A stretch of DNA of 64,000 bases. It comes from an uncultured Acidobacteriota bacterium (lineage in GTDB: Bacteria; Acidobacteriota; Vicinamibacteria; Vicinamibacterales; CAVVIG01). This document shows, one piece after another, positions 10,059-18,384 of this stretch. The stretch is from positions 580,271 through 644,270 of the forward strand of contig CAVQFD010000005.1 in assembly GCA_963711795.1 (NCBI GenBank), in the 5' to 3' direction. The translations under genes were made by a program, and so were the position numbers. The notes beneath the pieces were generated by a model that was given only the letters and a program-made list of their open reading frames with translations, was not told the DNA's origin and made no database searches. The number at the start of each line of letters is the position of its first letter. Positions within the stretch are counted from its first letter, which is position 1.

Positions 10059-11171
10059 CTACGGGAGGGGCACGTCGCCGTTCCCGCCGAAAACCACGCT
10101 GGAACTGGAACCTGTCGAGCTCAGGATGTACCAGGTGCCGGAGGAGGGCCGGAATACCGCGACATCGACCTTGCCATCGCCGTCGAAATCAGACGGCACC
10201 GGGGTGTCGATGCTGCCACCCCACGTATACGAGACGCCTCCGGATGTGGAGGAACGCAGGATGTGCCAATCGCCGGTCGATGGCCGGAAGACCGCAACGT
10301 CCGTTTTCCCATCGCCGTCGTAGTCGGCCTGGACGGGGGTATCAATGCTCCCCCCCCAGGTGTACTCGACGCCGGTCAGGGTGTTGGACCGCAGGATGTA
10401 CCACTTGCCGGTCGAAGCGCGGAACACGGCGGGGTCAGTGCGCCCATCGCCGTCGTAGTCGCCTTGCGCCGCGGTGTCAATTGACCCGCCCCAGGTGTAC
10501 TGACTGCCCGTGCCGGTTCTCGAGTTCAGGATGTACCAGGTTCCCGTGCTAGGCCGGAACACGGCGATATCGGTTCGCCCGTCGCCGTCGTAATCGCCCG
10601 GCACGGGTGTGTCAATGCTTCCGCCCCAGGTATAGGTGACGCCCGACACGGTGCTCGACTGGAGAATGTACCAAGTCCCGGTGGTGCGCCGGAACACGGC
10701 GATATCCATCTTGCCGTCGCCGTCGTAGTCGCCCTGAACCGGCGTGTCAATCGAACCGCCCCACGTATGGCCGTTGTTCGAACCCAACACGTACCACTTT
10801 CCGGTCGAAGGCCGAAAGACGCCCACATCAGCGCGCCGATCGCCGGTGAAGTCTCCGGCAACAGAAAACGGGACCCCGACTCGCCTGGAGACCTCCATCG
10901 AGGGCGCGCTCAACACACCCGCTGTGTTGTAAGCCCGGACGACGAAGTAGTACGCCGTGCCGTCGATGAGGTTCGTGAACTGGTGCGTCGTCTGGTTGCC
11001 CACGTTGACGCTGGCGACGTACGCCCCCGACTGAGGGCCGTAGTAGAGAACGTAACCGCCAAGGTTTGGCTCGGTGTTGGCGTCCCATGCGAGACGCAGC
11101 GTCGCGGCGTCAGCCGCGCCAGCCCACAGCAACACGAGTACACTCAAACCCCATGCGGGGAAGCTCTTCAT
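10059..11171 (-). CDS. Secreted FN3 domain plus six DxDGDG (FG-GAP/VCBS-like) repeat protein
   Basis: The signal peptide is 'MKSFPAWGLSVLVLLWAGAADA' (ATG 11171). The FN3 part is 'LRLAWDANTEPNLGGYVLYYG...YYFVVRAYNTAGVLSAPS'. Six repeats of 'DYDGDGxxDxAVFRxxTGxWYILxS...YTWGGSIDTPV' follow. The frame is intact. Confidence 0.8.
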   Translation of the reverse strand: MKSFPAWGLSVLVLLWAGAADAATLRLAWDANTEPNLGGYVLYYGPQSGAYVASVNVGNQTTHQFTNLIDGTAYYFVVRAYNTAGVLSAPSMEVSRRVGVPFSVAGDFTGDRRADVGVFRPSTGKWYVLGSNNGHTWGGSIDTPVQGDYDGDGKMDIAVFRRTTGTWYILQSSTVSGVTYTWGGSIDTPVPGDYDGDGRTDIAVFRPSTGTWYILNSRTGTGSQYTWGGSIDTAAQGDYDGDGRTDPAVFRASTGKWYILRSNTLTGVEYTWGGSIDTPVQADYDGDGKTDVAVFRPSTGDWHILRSSTSGGVSYTWGGSIDTPVPSDFDGDGKVDVAVFRPSSGTWYILSSTGSSSSVVFGGNGDVPLP

Positions 11172-11351
11172 TGCGGTCATGGCCCAAGCCCAAGGCAAGG
11201 CATATGCCGCCTCGTCCGTGTGGGCTTTGGCTCGCAAGTTATTGATTTAAAGACAGTTATTTTCTAGAGCGGAGCCGGAGATATCAATGGCTCGTCCATA
11301 TCCGATACAGATTTGTGGGGTGGCTTACACGCTTGGTGCGGAACCGCACCG

Positions 11352-12344
11352 ATGACGATCGCCGTCCTCATCGTCAATTGGAACGGGGGAGGCCTGCTTG
11401 CCCGATGCCTGGCCGCCCTCGCCGCACAGCGCCGGCGACCTGATCGGATCATCGTGGTCGACAACGCCAGCACGGACGATTCGCTGGAGCGGGCGGGGGA
11501 CTTCATGGCGAGCGTTCAGCTGCTTCTCCTCCCGACCAACGCGGGGTTTGCCCGGGCGAACAACCTGGGCGCGAGCGCCGCGCGAGACGTTGACGCCCTG
11601 GCGTTGGTCAATCCCGACGCGTTCCCGGAGCCCGGCTGGCTCGAGGCACTCGAACGTGCCGCCGAGCGCGAGCCCGGCGTTGCGGCGTTCGCAAGCCAGC
11701 TGCGGCTGGACGCCGCTCCCGACTCCCTCGACGGTGCTGGCGACACGTACCACGTTTCCGGTCGAGCCTGGCGAAACGGACACGGCGCCCCGGCGGCCAG
11801 TTGGCCTGCGCGGGATGCAGAGGTCTTCGCCCCGTGTGCCGCCGCCGCTCTGTACCGCCGGTCGGCATTCGAAGAAGCCGGCGGCTTCGACGAGGACTAC
11901 TTCTGCTACTTCGAGGATGTGGACCTGGGCTTCCGGCTGCGTCTCCTCGGCCACCGGACTCTTTACGTTCACGACGCTCTCGTCCGCCATGTCAGCTCGG
12001 CCCTCGGCGGGTACCGCAGTGATTTCGCCGTGTACCACGGCGAGCGGAACATGGTTTGGACCTTCGTCAAGAACATGCCCGCGCACCTCTTCTGGCTCTA
12101 TCTGCCCCAACACATCGCCCTCAACCTCGCTGCGCTGGCCTACTACCCCTCGCGAGGCCAGGGGCGCGCCGTCCTGCGCGCCAAGTTCGACGCGCTGCGC
12201 GGCATGACGCGAGTGCTCAGGCAGCGCGCGGCGGTTCAGCGAAGCCGGCGCGCCAGCCCCCGCGCGCTTCACCTGGCGCTGAGCCACGGGTTCGCACGTC
12301 CGTACCTCGCGCGCTACGGCGGTGGATCGTTTCCCCGGCCGTAG
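11352..12344 (+). CDS. Glycosyltransferase family 2 (rhamnosyltransferase-like)
   Basis: 'IAVLIVNWNGGGLLARCLAALAAQ...IIVVDNASTDDS', 'LVNPDAF' and 'YFCYFEDVDLGFRL' are typical GT2 (WbbL-like) motifs. I chose ATG 11352 (MTIAVLIVNW). The track ORF starts at 11313. Confidence 0.8.
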   Translation: MTIAVLIVNWNGGGLLARCLAALAAQRRRPDRIIVVDNASTDDSLERAGDFMASVQLLLLPTNAGFARANNLGASAARDVDALALVNPDAFPEPGWLEALERAAEREPGVAAFASQLRLDAAPDSLDGAGDTYHVSGRAWRNGHGAPAASWPARDAEVFAPCAAAALYRRSAFEEAGGFDEDYFCYFEDVDLGFRLRLLGHRTLYVHDALVRHVSSALGGYRSDFAVYHGERNMVWTFVKNMPAHLFWLYLPQHIALNLAALAYYPSRGQGRAVLRAKFDALRGMTRVLRQRAAVQRSRRASPRALHLALSHGFARPYLARYGGGSFPRP

Positions 12345-12363
12345 GTCGCGGTACAATCCCGAC

Positions 12364-14240
12364 GTGACCTCGCTGCAGTCGACGGTCGCCGTCGTTCTCG
12401 GGCCCTTCCTGTTTGCGTTCGCCTTCTCGCTGGCGCTCGTGCCTGTTTCGCGTCTGCTCGCCCTGCGATTCGGCTACGTCGCGCACCCGCGCGAAGATCG
12501 GTGGCATCGCCGGCCAATCGCCCTCCTCGGCGGCGTGGCGATTGCCCTGACGCTTGCTGCGGGCCTGGTGCTCTTCCGCTCGACTTCAGGAATCGTCGTC
12601 CTGGTGGCGTGCGCAGGCCTGATATTCGCCATGGGCCTGGTCGACGATGTGGTCTCGCTGAAGCCGTTCACGAAGCTCGTGGGCGAGATCGCGATCGCAT
12701 CCATCCTGCTTGTACTTCGGCTACCGCCTGAACTGGACGACATCGCTCACGCTCGACACGATGCTGACGCTCGTCTGGGTGGTCGGCATGACCAACGCGT
12801 TCAACCTGCTCGACAACATGGACGGCCTCTGCGCCGGGCGTGGCGCTGATTGTCGGCGGGGCACTCCTGTTCGGCCTGGGGCCCGTGCAGCCGGCCACGC
12901 CGGCCTTCCACGAAGCGCAGTACCTGGCGCTGCTTGTCGGCGCGACCGCGGGTTTTCTCGTCTACAACATCCACCCGGCTTCAGTGTTCATGGGCGATAG
13001 CGGCGCACTGCTCCTCGGCCTGAGCTTTTCCGCGCTCACGCTGAATCACGCACAGGACGGCGCCGTGCGATCGAACCCGTTGTCGATCGTCGCGGCGCCT
13101 CTGCTCGTGCTGCTCATTCCTATCTTCGACACGACGCTCGTGACAGCGTCGCGGCTGCTGTCCGGGCGTGCCGCGTCACAGGGTGGCCGCGATCATTCGT
13201 CGCATCGCCTGGTGGCCGTCGGGCTGTCGGAGCCGGCGGCGGTGGCGCTGCTGTGGCTCCTGGCCGCCATTGGCGGCGGTTTGGGCCTGGCCGTCGACTA
13301 CCTCAACTTGAGCTGGTCGAGCCCGGCCGCCGCGCTCTTCCTGCTGGCGATGGTCATTTTTGCGGTGTACCTGTCGCGCATTCGCGTGTACGACGACGAG
13401 GTTGCGATCGATCGGGCCACGTCGACGCCGATTGCCGTGGACTTCATGTACAAGAAGCAGGTCGCGGAGGTCCTCCTCGACCTGTGCCTGGTCACGCTCG
13501 CCTACTACTCGGCCTATCGCCTTCGTTTCGAGGGCGACGAGTTCGGCCTGGGTTTCGTGACGTTCTATCAATCGCTGCCGCTGGTGCTGCCGGCACAGAT
13601 GCTGGCCCTCTTCGCGGTCGGGTTCTACCGTGGGGTCTGGCGCTACTTCGGGCTGATGGACACGGTGGTCATCGCCAAAGGCGTGGTGCTCGGCACCGGC
13701 GCGGTGATGATCATCATGCCGTTCCTGCCCGGTTTCGCGGGGTATTCCCGGACCGTGTTCGTCATCGATCTCGTGCTGCTGGCCGCGCTGCTGGTGGCGT
13801 CGCGCGTGTCGTTCCGTCTGATTGGCGAGTTCCTGCAGCGCAACCGGAAGACCGCGCGGCGGGTCGTGGTGTACGGCGCCGGTGGCGGCGGCGCGCTGGC
13901 CGTGCGCGAGTTGACGGCCGCGGAAGAGACACCCTACAGAATCCTTGGTTTTGCCGACGACGATCCGAGGAAGCAGCGGATGCGGGTCCAGGGCTACCCG
14001 GTGCTTGGCGGCTACGACTCGGTGAGGTCTCTGGTGGAAACGAGCGCCGTTGACCTGGTGGTCATCAGCGCGCGTCTCATCGACGTCGATCGGCTCCGAT
14101 CGCTCGAGGCACTCTGCGGCGATCACGGTGTTGCACTGTCGAGGCTGCGCGTCGGGCTCGAGCCGATTGTGATGAGCGACGACGATCCGACCGCAGGCAA
14201 CGCGGCGCAGGCCCCGCCCTACAGGCTGCGAAGCATGTAG
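12364..14240 (+). CDS. WecA/MraY-family polyprenyl-phosphate HexNAc-1-phosphate transferase fused to a CapD/WcaJ-type 4-TM plus Rossmann-like domain (two frameshifts as assembled)
   Basis: PNPT motifs are '[11 protein letters not shown]', '[12 protein letters not shown]', 'VFMGDSG' and 'PIFDT'. ORFs 12322..12849, 12710..13000 and 12840..14240 join by 1-nt indels near 12708 and 12838. The C-terminal half is '[10 protein letters not shown]...' (4 TM) followed by '[19 protein letters not shown]...ILGFADDDP...GYPVLG'. Confidence 0.75.
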
Positions 14241-14247
14241 CAGGATC

Positions 14248-15024
14248 TCAGTGACGGCCGACCAGGCCGTCCACGGGGCTGCTTGCCGTCGCGTACAGCT
14301 TGCGCGGAATGCGTCCGGCCAGGTAAGCCAGCCGGCCCGCTTTCACCGCCAGCTTCATCGCTTCCGCCATCGCCACCGCATCGGCTGCCCCGGCAATGGC
14401 CGTGTTCATCAGCACGCCGTCGGCGCCGAGCTCCATTGCCAGCGCCGCGTCCGATGCCGTGCCGACGCCGGCATCGACGATGACCGGCACTTTCGAGAAC
14501 TCCCGGATGATCCGGATGTTGTTGACGTTCTGAATGCCCAACCCTGAGCCAATAGGCGCTCCCAGCGGCATCACGGCCGCAGCGCCTGCGTCTTCGAGCT
14601 TGCGGCACACCACCAGATCGTCGGTCGTGTAAGGCAGGACGACGAAGCCTTCCTTGACGAGCACGCGCGTGGCCTCGACGAGCGCCTCGTTGTCGGGAAA
14701 CAGCGTCTTTTCGTCGCCGATCACCTCGAGCTTGACCCAGTTCGACAAACCGGCCTCACGGCCGAGCCTCGCGGTCCGGACAGCTTCGTCAGCCGTGTAG
14801 CAGCCCGCCGTATTCGGAAGCAGGAAGAACTTCGACGTGTCGATGTAGTCGAGGAGGCTGGGCTCCGATCGGTTGGAGATGTTGACCCGCCGTACGGCGA
14901 CTGTGACCATGTCGGCGCCCGATGCCTCGTGCGCCTGCACCATCACGGCGTTCGACGAGTATTTTCCGGTGCCGACAATCAGCCGCGAGGCAAAAGTCCG
15001 GCCGGCAATGATGAAGTTGTCCAC
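14248..15024 (-). CDS. thiG: Thiazole synthase
   Basis: The full-length ThiG pattern is present: 'IVGTGKY', 'LLPNTAGC', 'VKLEVIGD', '[14 protein letters not shown]' and '[31 protein letters not shown]'. The start is GTG 15024. Confidence 0.95.
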   Translation of the reverse strand: MDNFIIAGRTFASRLIVGTGKYSSNAVMVQAHEASGADMVTVAVRRVNISNRSEPSLLDYIDTSKFFLLPNTAGCYTADEAVRTARLGREAGLSNWVKLEVIGDEKTLFPDNEALVEATRVLVKEGFVVLPYTTDDLVVCRKLEDAGAAAVMPLGAPIGSGLGIQNVNNIRIIREFSKVPVIVDAGVGTASDAALAMELGADGVLMNTAIAGAADAVAMAEAMKLAVKAGRLAYLAGRIPRKLYATASSPVDGLVGRH

Positions 15025-15029
15025 GAGTT

Positions 15030-15230
15030 TTACCCTCCGCCGACGAAGTTCACGATCTCCACTTCGTCGCCTTCGCCGACTTCGGTTGTGGCAAAGGCCA
15101 GGCGCTTGACGACGACCAGGTTGTGCTCCACGGCCACTCGCCGAGGGTCGATGTCGAGCGAAGACAATAGAGCTGCAACGCTCATCGGGCCGTCCAGCTG
15201 GAATGGCTCACCATTCAGTTTGATGTGCAC
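15030..15230 (-). CDS. thiS: Sulfur carrier protein ThiS
   Basis: About 66 aa, ending in '...VNFVGGG*' 3 nt (15027-15029) upstream of the thiG start. It begins '[10 protein letters not shown]...'. GTG 15230 is an inferred start. The longer track ORF to 15317 would overlap the upstream gene. Confidence 0.8.
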   Translation of the reverse strand: MHIKLNGEPFQLDGPMSVAALLSSLDIDPRRVAVEHNLVVVKRLAFATTEVGEGDEVEIVNFVGGG

Positions 15231-15253
15231 GACAACAGCACATTCTATCCGCG

Positions 15254-17485
15254 TCACCTGATTACCCGGTAGAGTCCGATACCCGTGTCCTCCTCGAGGA
15301 GCTCGAGCGAGTCCCACCCTTCAAGAGCGCTTCGCAACGCAGGCGGATAGGCCCCCAGATGGACAATCAAATGCGTGACGCCGATCTCTTTGATCGCCTC
15401 CATGACATCCGGACTGGGAAAGCCAGCCAGACGCTCGGCGTGCCGGCGATAGCTCGAGGGCACGAACCCGCTGTAGCCGGCAAGCTGTGGCTGCCAGTGG
15501 GCCGTGGACGTCAGCATGTAGCGTGCATTCAGGAACGCGCTTCGCGGCGAGTGAAACGGCAGTTCGAGGACCACGACCTGCGGCTGGCCCCGAAGGCGCT
15601 CGTAGATGCGGGGGATCGGCTCGGCGCGTACCAGTCCCAGAGGGGCTGCCATCGGCTCCAGGGCCGCGAGGACCAACAGGACGGGAGCCGCCACGAGATA
15701 GGCGCGAGCCGGCAGCATGCGGCCGAGTGCCACCATCCCGAAGCCCGCCGCCACGGCGATGCCGAAAATGCCGAGATAGCCGAAGCGGACCGGCGCCCGG
15801 ATCGACTGGAGAAGGGGACCCACTGCTGGGCGGTCTCGTAGCCCGGCAGATGCGCGCCGAACGACAGCACCACGCCCGCGACGGCGGCTGCCAGGCACAT
15901 CCTCGCGCGGCGATCGCGCCACGCAATCCCGGTCGCCAGCGCCAGGCCGGCGAGGACCAGCGCAATCGCCCCGGGGAACAACCCTGTGCCGCTCACCGGC
16001 AGCAACCCGCCCCACGTCGATCGGTGAAAACGGCTCGGCGTCGTGGTGTAGTCGAGCCACGAGGCGGAATACATCAGCGCGTCGGTGAACGTCCGCGTCA
16101 GCCCCTGCTCCTGCTGGACACGCCAGTACGGGAGCAGCGCCGGCGCCAGGATCACACCGGACAGCCCGGCGGCGGCCAGCAGCCAGATCGCGGTACAGAA
16201 GAAAGCGCCGGCCGCCCCAGTCCTCCGGCCTGACGATCGTCCCGACGGTGAGCGCGACCGCAGTGAAGACCAGCAGGTGGATCGAGGTGAGCGCCTGCAG
16301 CGCGAACCAGATCGCCAGCCGCCACGCCCGCCGCAGGCCCGGCTCCCTCAGCAGCGCGTCGAGCGCGAGCATCGCGAGCGGCAGAAAATACACGTGCTGT
16401 GCCTGGATGTGGGGCAGGCGGGTGAGCGTGTGCGCGTTGAAGCCGAACAGGAAGCCCGACATCAAGCCGGCCACCCAGCTGCCTGTCCAGCGCGCGACCA
16501 CGAGTGACATCGCCCACCCGGTCAGCGCGAAGCCCGCGATGAGCACCAGGTTGTAGGCCAGCACCGGCGATCCGCCAAGCCAGCGCACCGGCGCCGCGAG
16601 AGCGGCCTGCACGATGAGCGGCTCGGAATACGCGAGCGTATCGGCCTCCGGATGGAAGATGTTGGCCTGAAAGAGCCGGCCGGGGTCGTTGACGGCCTGG
16701 TGCACGACCCACGACAGGATCCATTCGTTCAGCATCGTGTCGGCGTTGTCGTTGCGCGACAAGCTGGCCGGATCGCGCGCGAGCGGCCAGGTGTGCAGCA
16801 CGGCGAGGCCCACGAAGAGCGCCAGGCACGCCGCGCGAGGCCAGCGTGCGAGAGCGTTGCTGGCAGGTTGCCGGCCGATCGTCGCCAGCACCACGAGGGC
16901 CCAGGCACCGAGCAGCAGCACGACCGCGCGTGCCGCAACGTCGAGCCCACGTGCAGTCACCAGCGCCCAGTAAGGGGCGCGGCCTGTCGTGAGCCGCCAT
17001 GCGGGCACGGCCGCGAGAGTGCCGTTCAGCGGCGCCCAGCGCCACGCGAAGCCATACAGGCCGCCGTTCTGCACATAGTCCACGACGACGAAGTGCGCGC
17101 CAGAATCGAGTTGGATCTGGCCTGTGCGCTCGACCATCTCGTGCACGCCGCCGTTGTCGACAACCGGGCGCCCATCAATCGTCAGCCACGACCCATCGTC
17201 GGACGAGGTCGCGAAGGTGTAGGTGCCGGAGACGTTGATCGTCAGGTATCCGTACCACCGGGCGCGGAACTGCGCGGGAGGGACGCTGGACCAGTCCCGC
17301 CAGATCTGGCGGGTCGAGACGTTGGGAACAACAACCGCGAGTGAGGGCTCGGTTTCAGTGCGTTCGCTGGTGAAGTACTGCGCCTGAAGGCCGCTGGGGA
17401 CCTGCAATGCCGCGCGGATGCCCGTGAGCGCCGCCCATGCGGCTACCAGAGCAACCGCGCCGGCCCAGGCGCGATGGGACGTCAC
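15254..17485 (-). CDS. PA14-domain polytopic membrane protein (GT-C-like fold suspected); two compensating frameshifts as assembled
   Basis: An N-terminal TM segment is followed by a PA14-like region 'GLQAQYF...FRARWYGYLTINVSGTYTFATSSDDGSWLTIDGRPVVDNGG...VVVDYVQNGG'. At least 10 TM helices and a C-terminal soluble domain follow. Between ~16218 and ~15815 the sensible sequence ('FFCTAIWLLAAAGLSGVILAPALLPYWRVQQEQGL...') lies in the frame of ORF 15529..16155. The indels sit in the C-run 16215-16218 and the G-run 15814-15817. Confidence 0.6.
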   Translation of the reverse strand: MTSHRAWAGAVALVAAWAALTGIRAALQVPSGLQAQYFTSERTETEPSLAVVVPNVSTRQIWRDWSSVPPAQFRARWYGYLTINVSGTYTFATSSDDGSWLTIDGRPVVDNGGVHEMVERTGQIQLDSGAHFVVVDYVQNGGLYGFAWRWAPLNGTLAAVPAWRLTTGRAPYWALVTARGLDVAARAVVLLLGAWALVVLATIGRQPASNALARWPRAACLALFVGLAVLHTWPLARDPASLSRNDNADTMLNEWILSWVVHQAVNDPGRLFQANIFHPEADTLAYSEPLIVQAALAAPVRWLGGSPVLAYNLVLIAGFALTGWAMSLVVARWTGSWVAGLMSGFLFGFNAHTLTRLPHIQAQHVYFLPLAMLALDALLREPGLRRAWRLAIWFALQALTSIHLLVFTAVALTVGTIVRPEDWGGRRFLLYRDLAAGRRRAVRCDPGAGAAPVLACPAGAGADADVHRRADVFRLVARLHHDAEPFSPIDVGRVAAGERHRVVPRGDCAGPRRPGAGDRDCVARSPREDVPGSRRRGRGAVVRRASAGLRDRPAVGPLLQSIRAPVRFGYLGIFGIAVAAGFGMVALGRMLPARAYLVAAPVLLVLAALEPMAAPLGLVRAEPIPRIYERLRGQPQVVVLELPFHSPRSAFLNARYMLTSTAHWQPQLAGYSGFVPSSYRRHAERLAGFPSPDVMEAIKEIGVTHLIVHLGAYPPALRSALEGWDSLELLEEDTGIGLYRVIR

Positions 17486-17545
17486 GGTCTCGGCGTCCCG
17501 TCCTCGTGGATCGTCGTGTCGCGAACCACTCGGCGGGACCCTCGC

Positions 17546-18352
17546 TCAGCGGACGTCGCGAAGGGCGAGGACGAAGTCTCCAACCGGAAGGCCGGCCTGC
17601 ATCTTCAGCGGGAGGCGGCGCGCGTCGTTCGAGATCCACACGGCCGCGTTGGTCGCAGCGGGCTGACCCTTGGCGTCGGTGATGGTGACCTTGACGTTCC
17701 AGGCGCCCATGTCGCCCGCAGGAACGCGGAGCCGCTCGACGGCGCCCACATCCATCGTCACGTTGTAGATCGCGCCGCCATCGGCGACGGGCATGGCGAC
17801 GCGCTGGCCCGTCTTGAGCGGGCTGGCACGGAGCGAGTAGAGCGCCGAGAGCCCATCCTGGATTTGAGCCGGCACCGGAAAGTCGACGCGCGCCGGGGTT
17901 TCGGTCTTGTCTTCGTGGACCGCTCGACGGGTCGCGCGGTCGAACGTTGTGGTGGCCAGGCGCTTGCTGCTGCCGACCTGGCTCTCGAGCGACGTACGCT
18001 GGGAAAGCAGGCTGGCGCTGTCGACCAGCGTGTCCATGCGGTAGTAGATGTTGTAGATCTTCTGGAGCAGCGCCAACGGCCGGCCCTCTGCCACGATGTC
18101 GTCCGCGTGGGTCCTGGTGGCTGAAGGCCGGCGCTCCTTGACCGTGGCCGTGGCTGAACCAGCCACCAGGTACGAAGACCAGGTCACGTCATAAGTCAAC
18201 GTTTCCCCTACTTTGAAGGGGACTGACGCGTCCGCGCGGGGAACCGCACGCTGTGCCTCGAGTGGCGGGCCAAATGCGCTCCACCCGAGCACTCCCAGGG
18301 CGGCCAGGGCGACCAGAAGAGCGGAGACCGGCCCGGGGACGTGACGTTTCAT
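17546..18352 (-). CDS. DUF3108-like secreted protein
   Basis: The signal peptide is 'MKRHVPGPVSALLVALAALGVLGWSA'. 'GETLTYDVTWSSYLVAGSATATV...' and the C-terminal 'AVWISNDARRLPLKMQ' follow the DUF3108 pattern. The family call is from memory of that pattern only. Confidence 0.5.
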   Translation of the reverse strand: MKRHVPGPVSALLVALAALGVLGWSAFGPPLEAQRAVPRADASVPFKVGETLTYDVTWSSYLVAGSATATVKERRPSATRTHADDIVAEGRPLALLQKIYNIYYRMDTLVDSASLLSQRTSLESQVGSSKRLATTTFDRATRRAVHEDKTETPARVDFPVPAQIQDGLSALYSLRASPLKTGQRVAMPVADGGAIYNVTMDVGAVERLRVPAGDMGAWNVKVTITDAKGQPAATNAAVWISNDARRLPLKMQAGLPVGDFVLALRDVR

Positions 18353-18384
18353 GTTCGTATTCTATAATCTCGTGCAGCGTATAG

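Noticed and set aside
15231-15253. A TPP riboswitch upstream of thiS-thiG
   Set aside because: Only about 23 nt separate the thiS start from the stop of the upstream PA14 gene. That is too short for a ~100-nt THI element, and none of the conserved 'CUGAGA'/'ACCUGA' cores are visible there.
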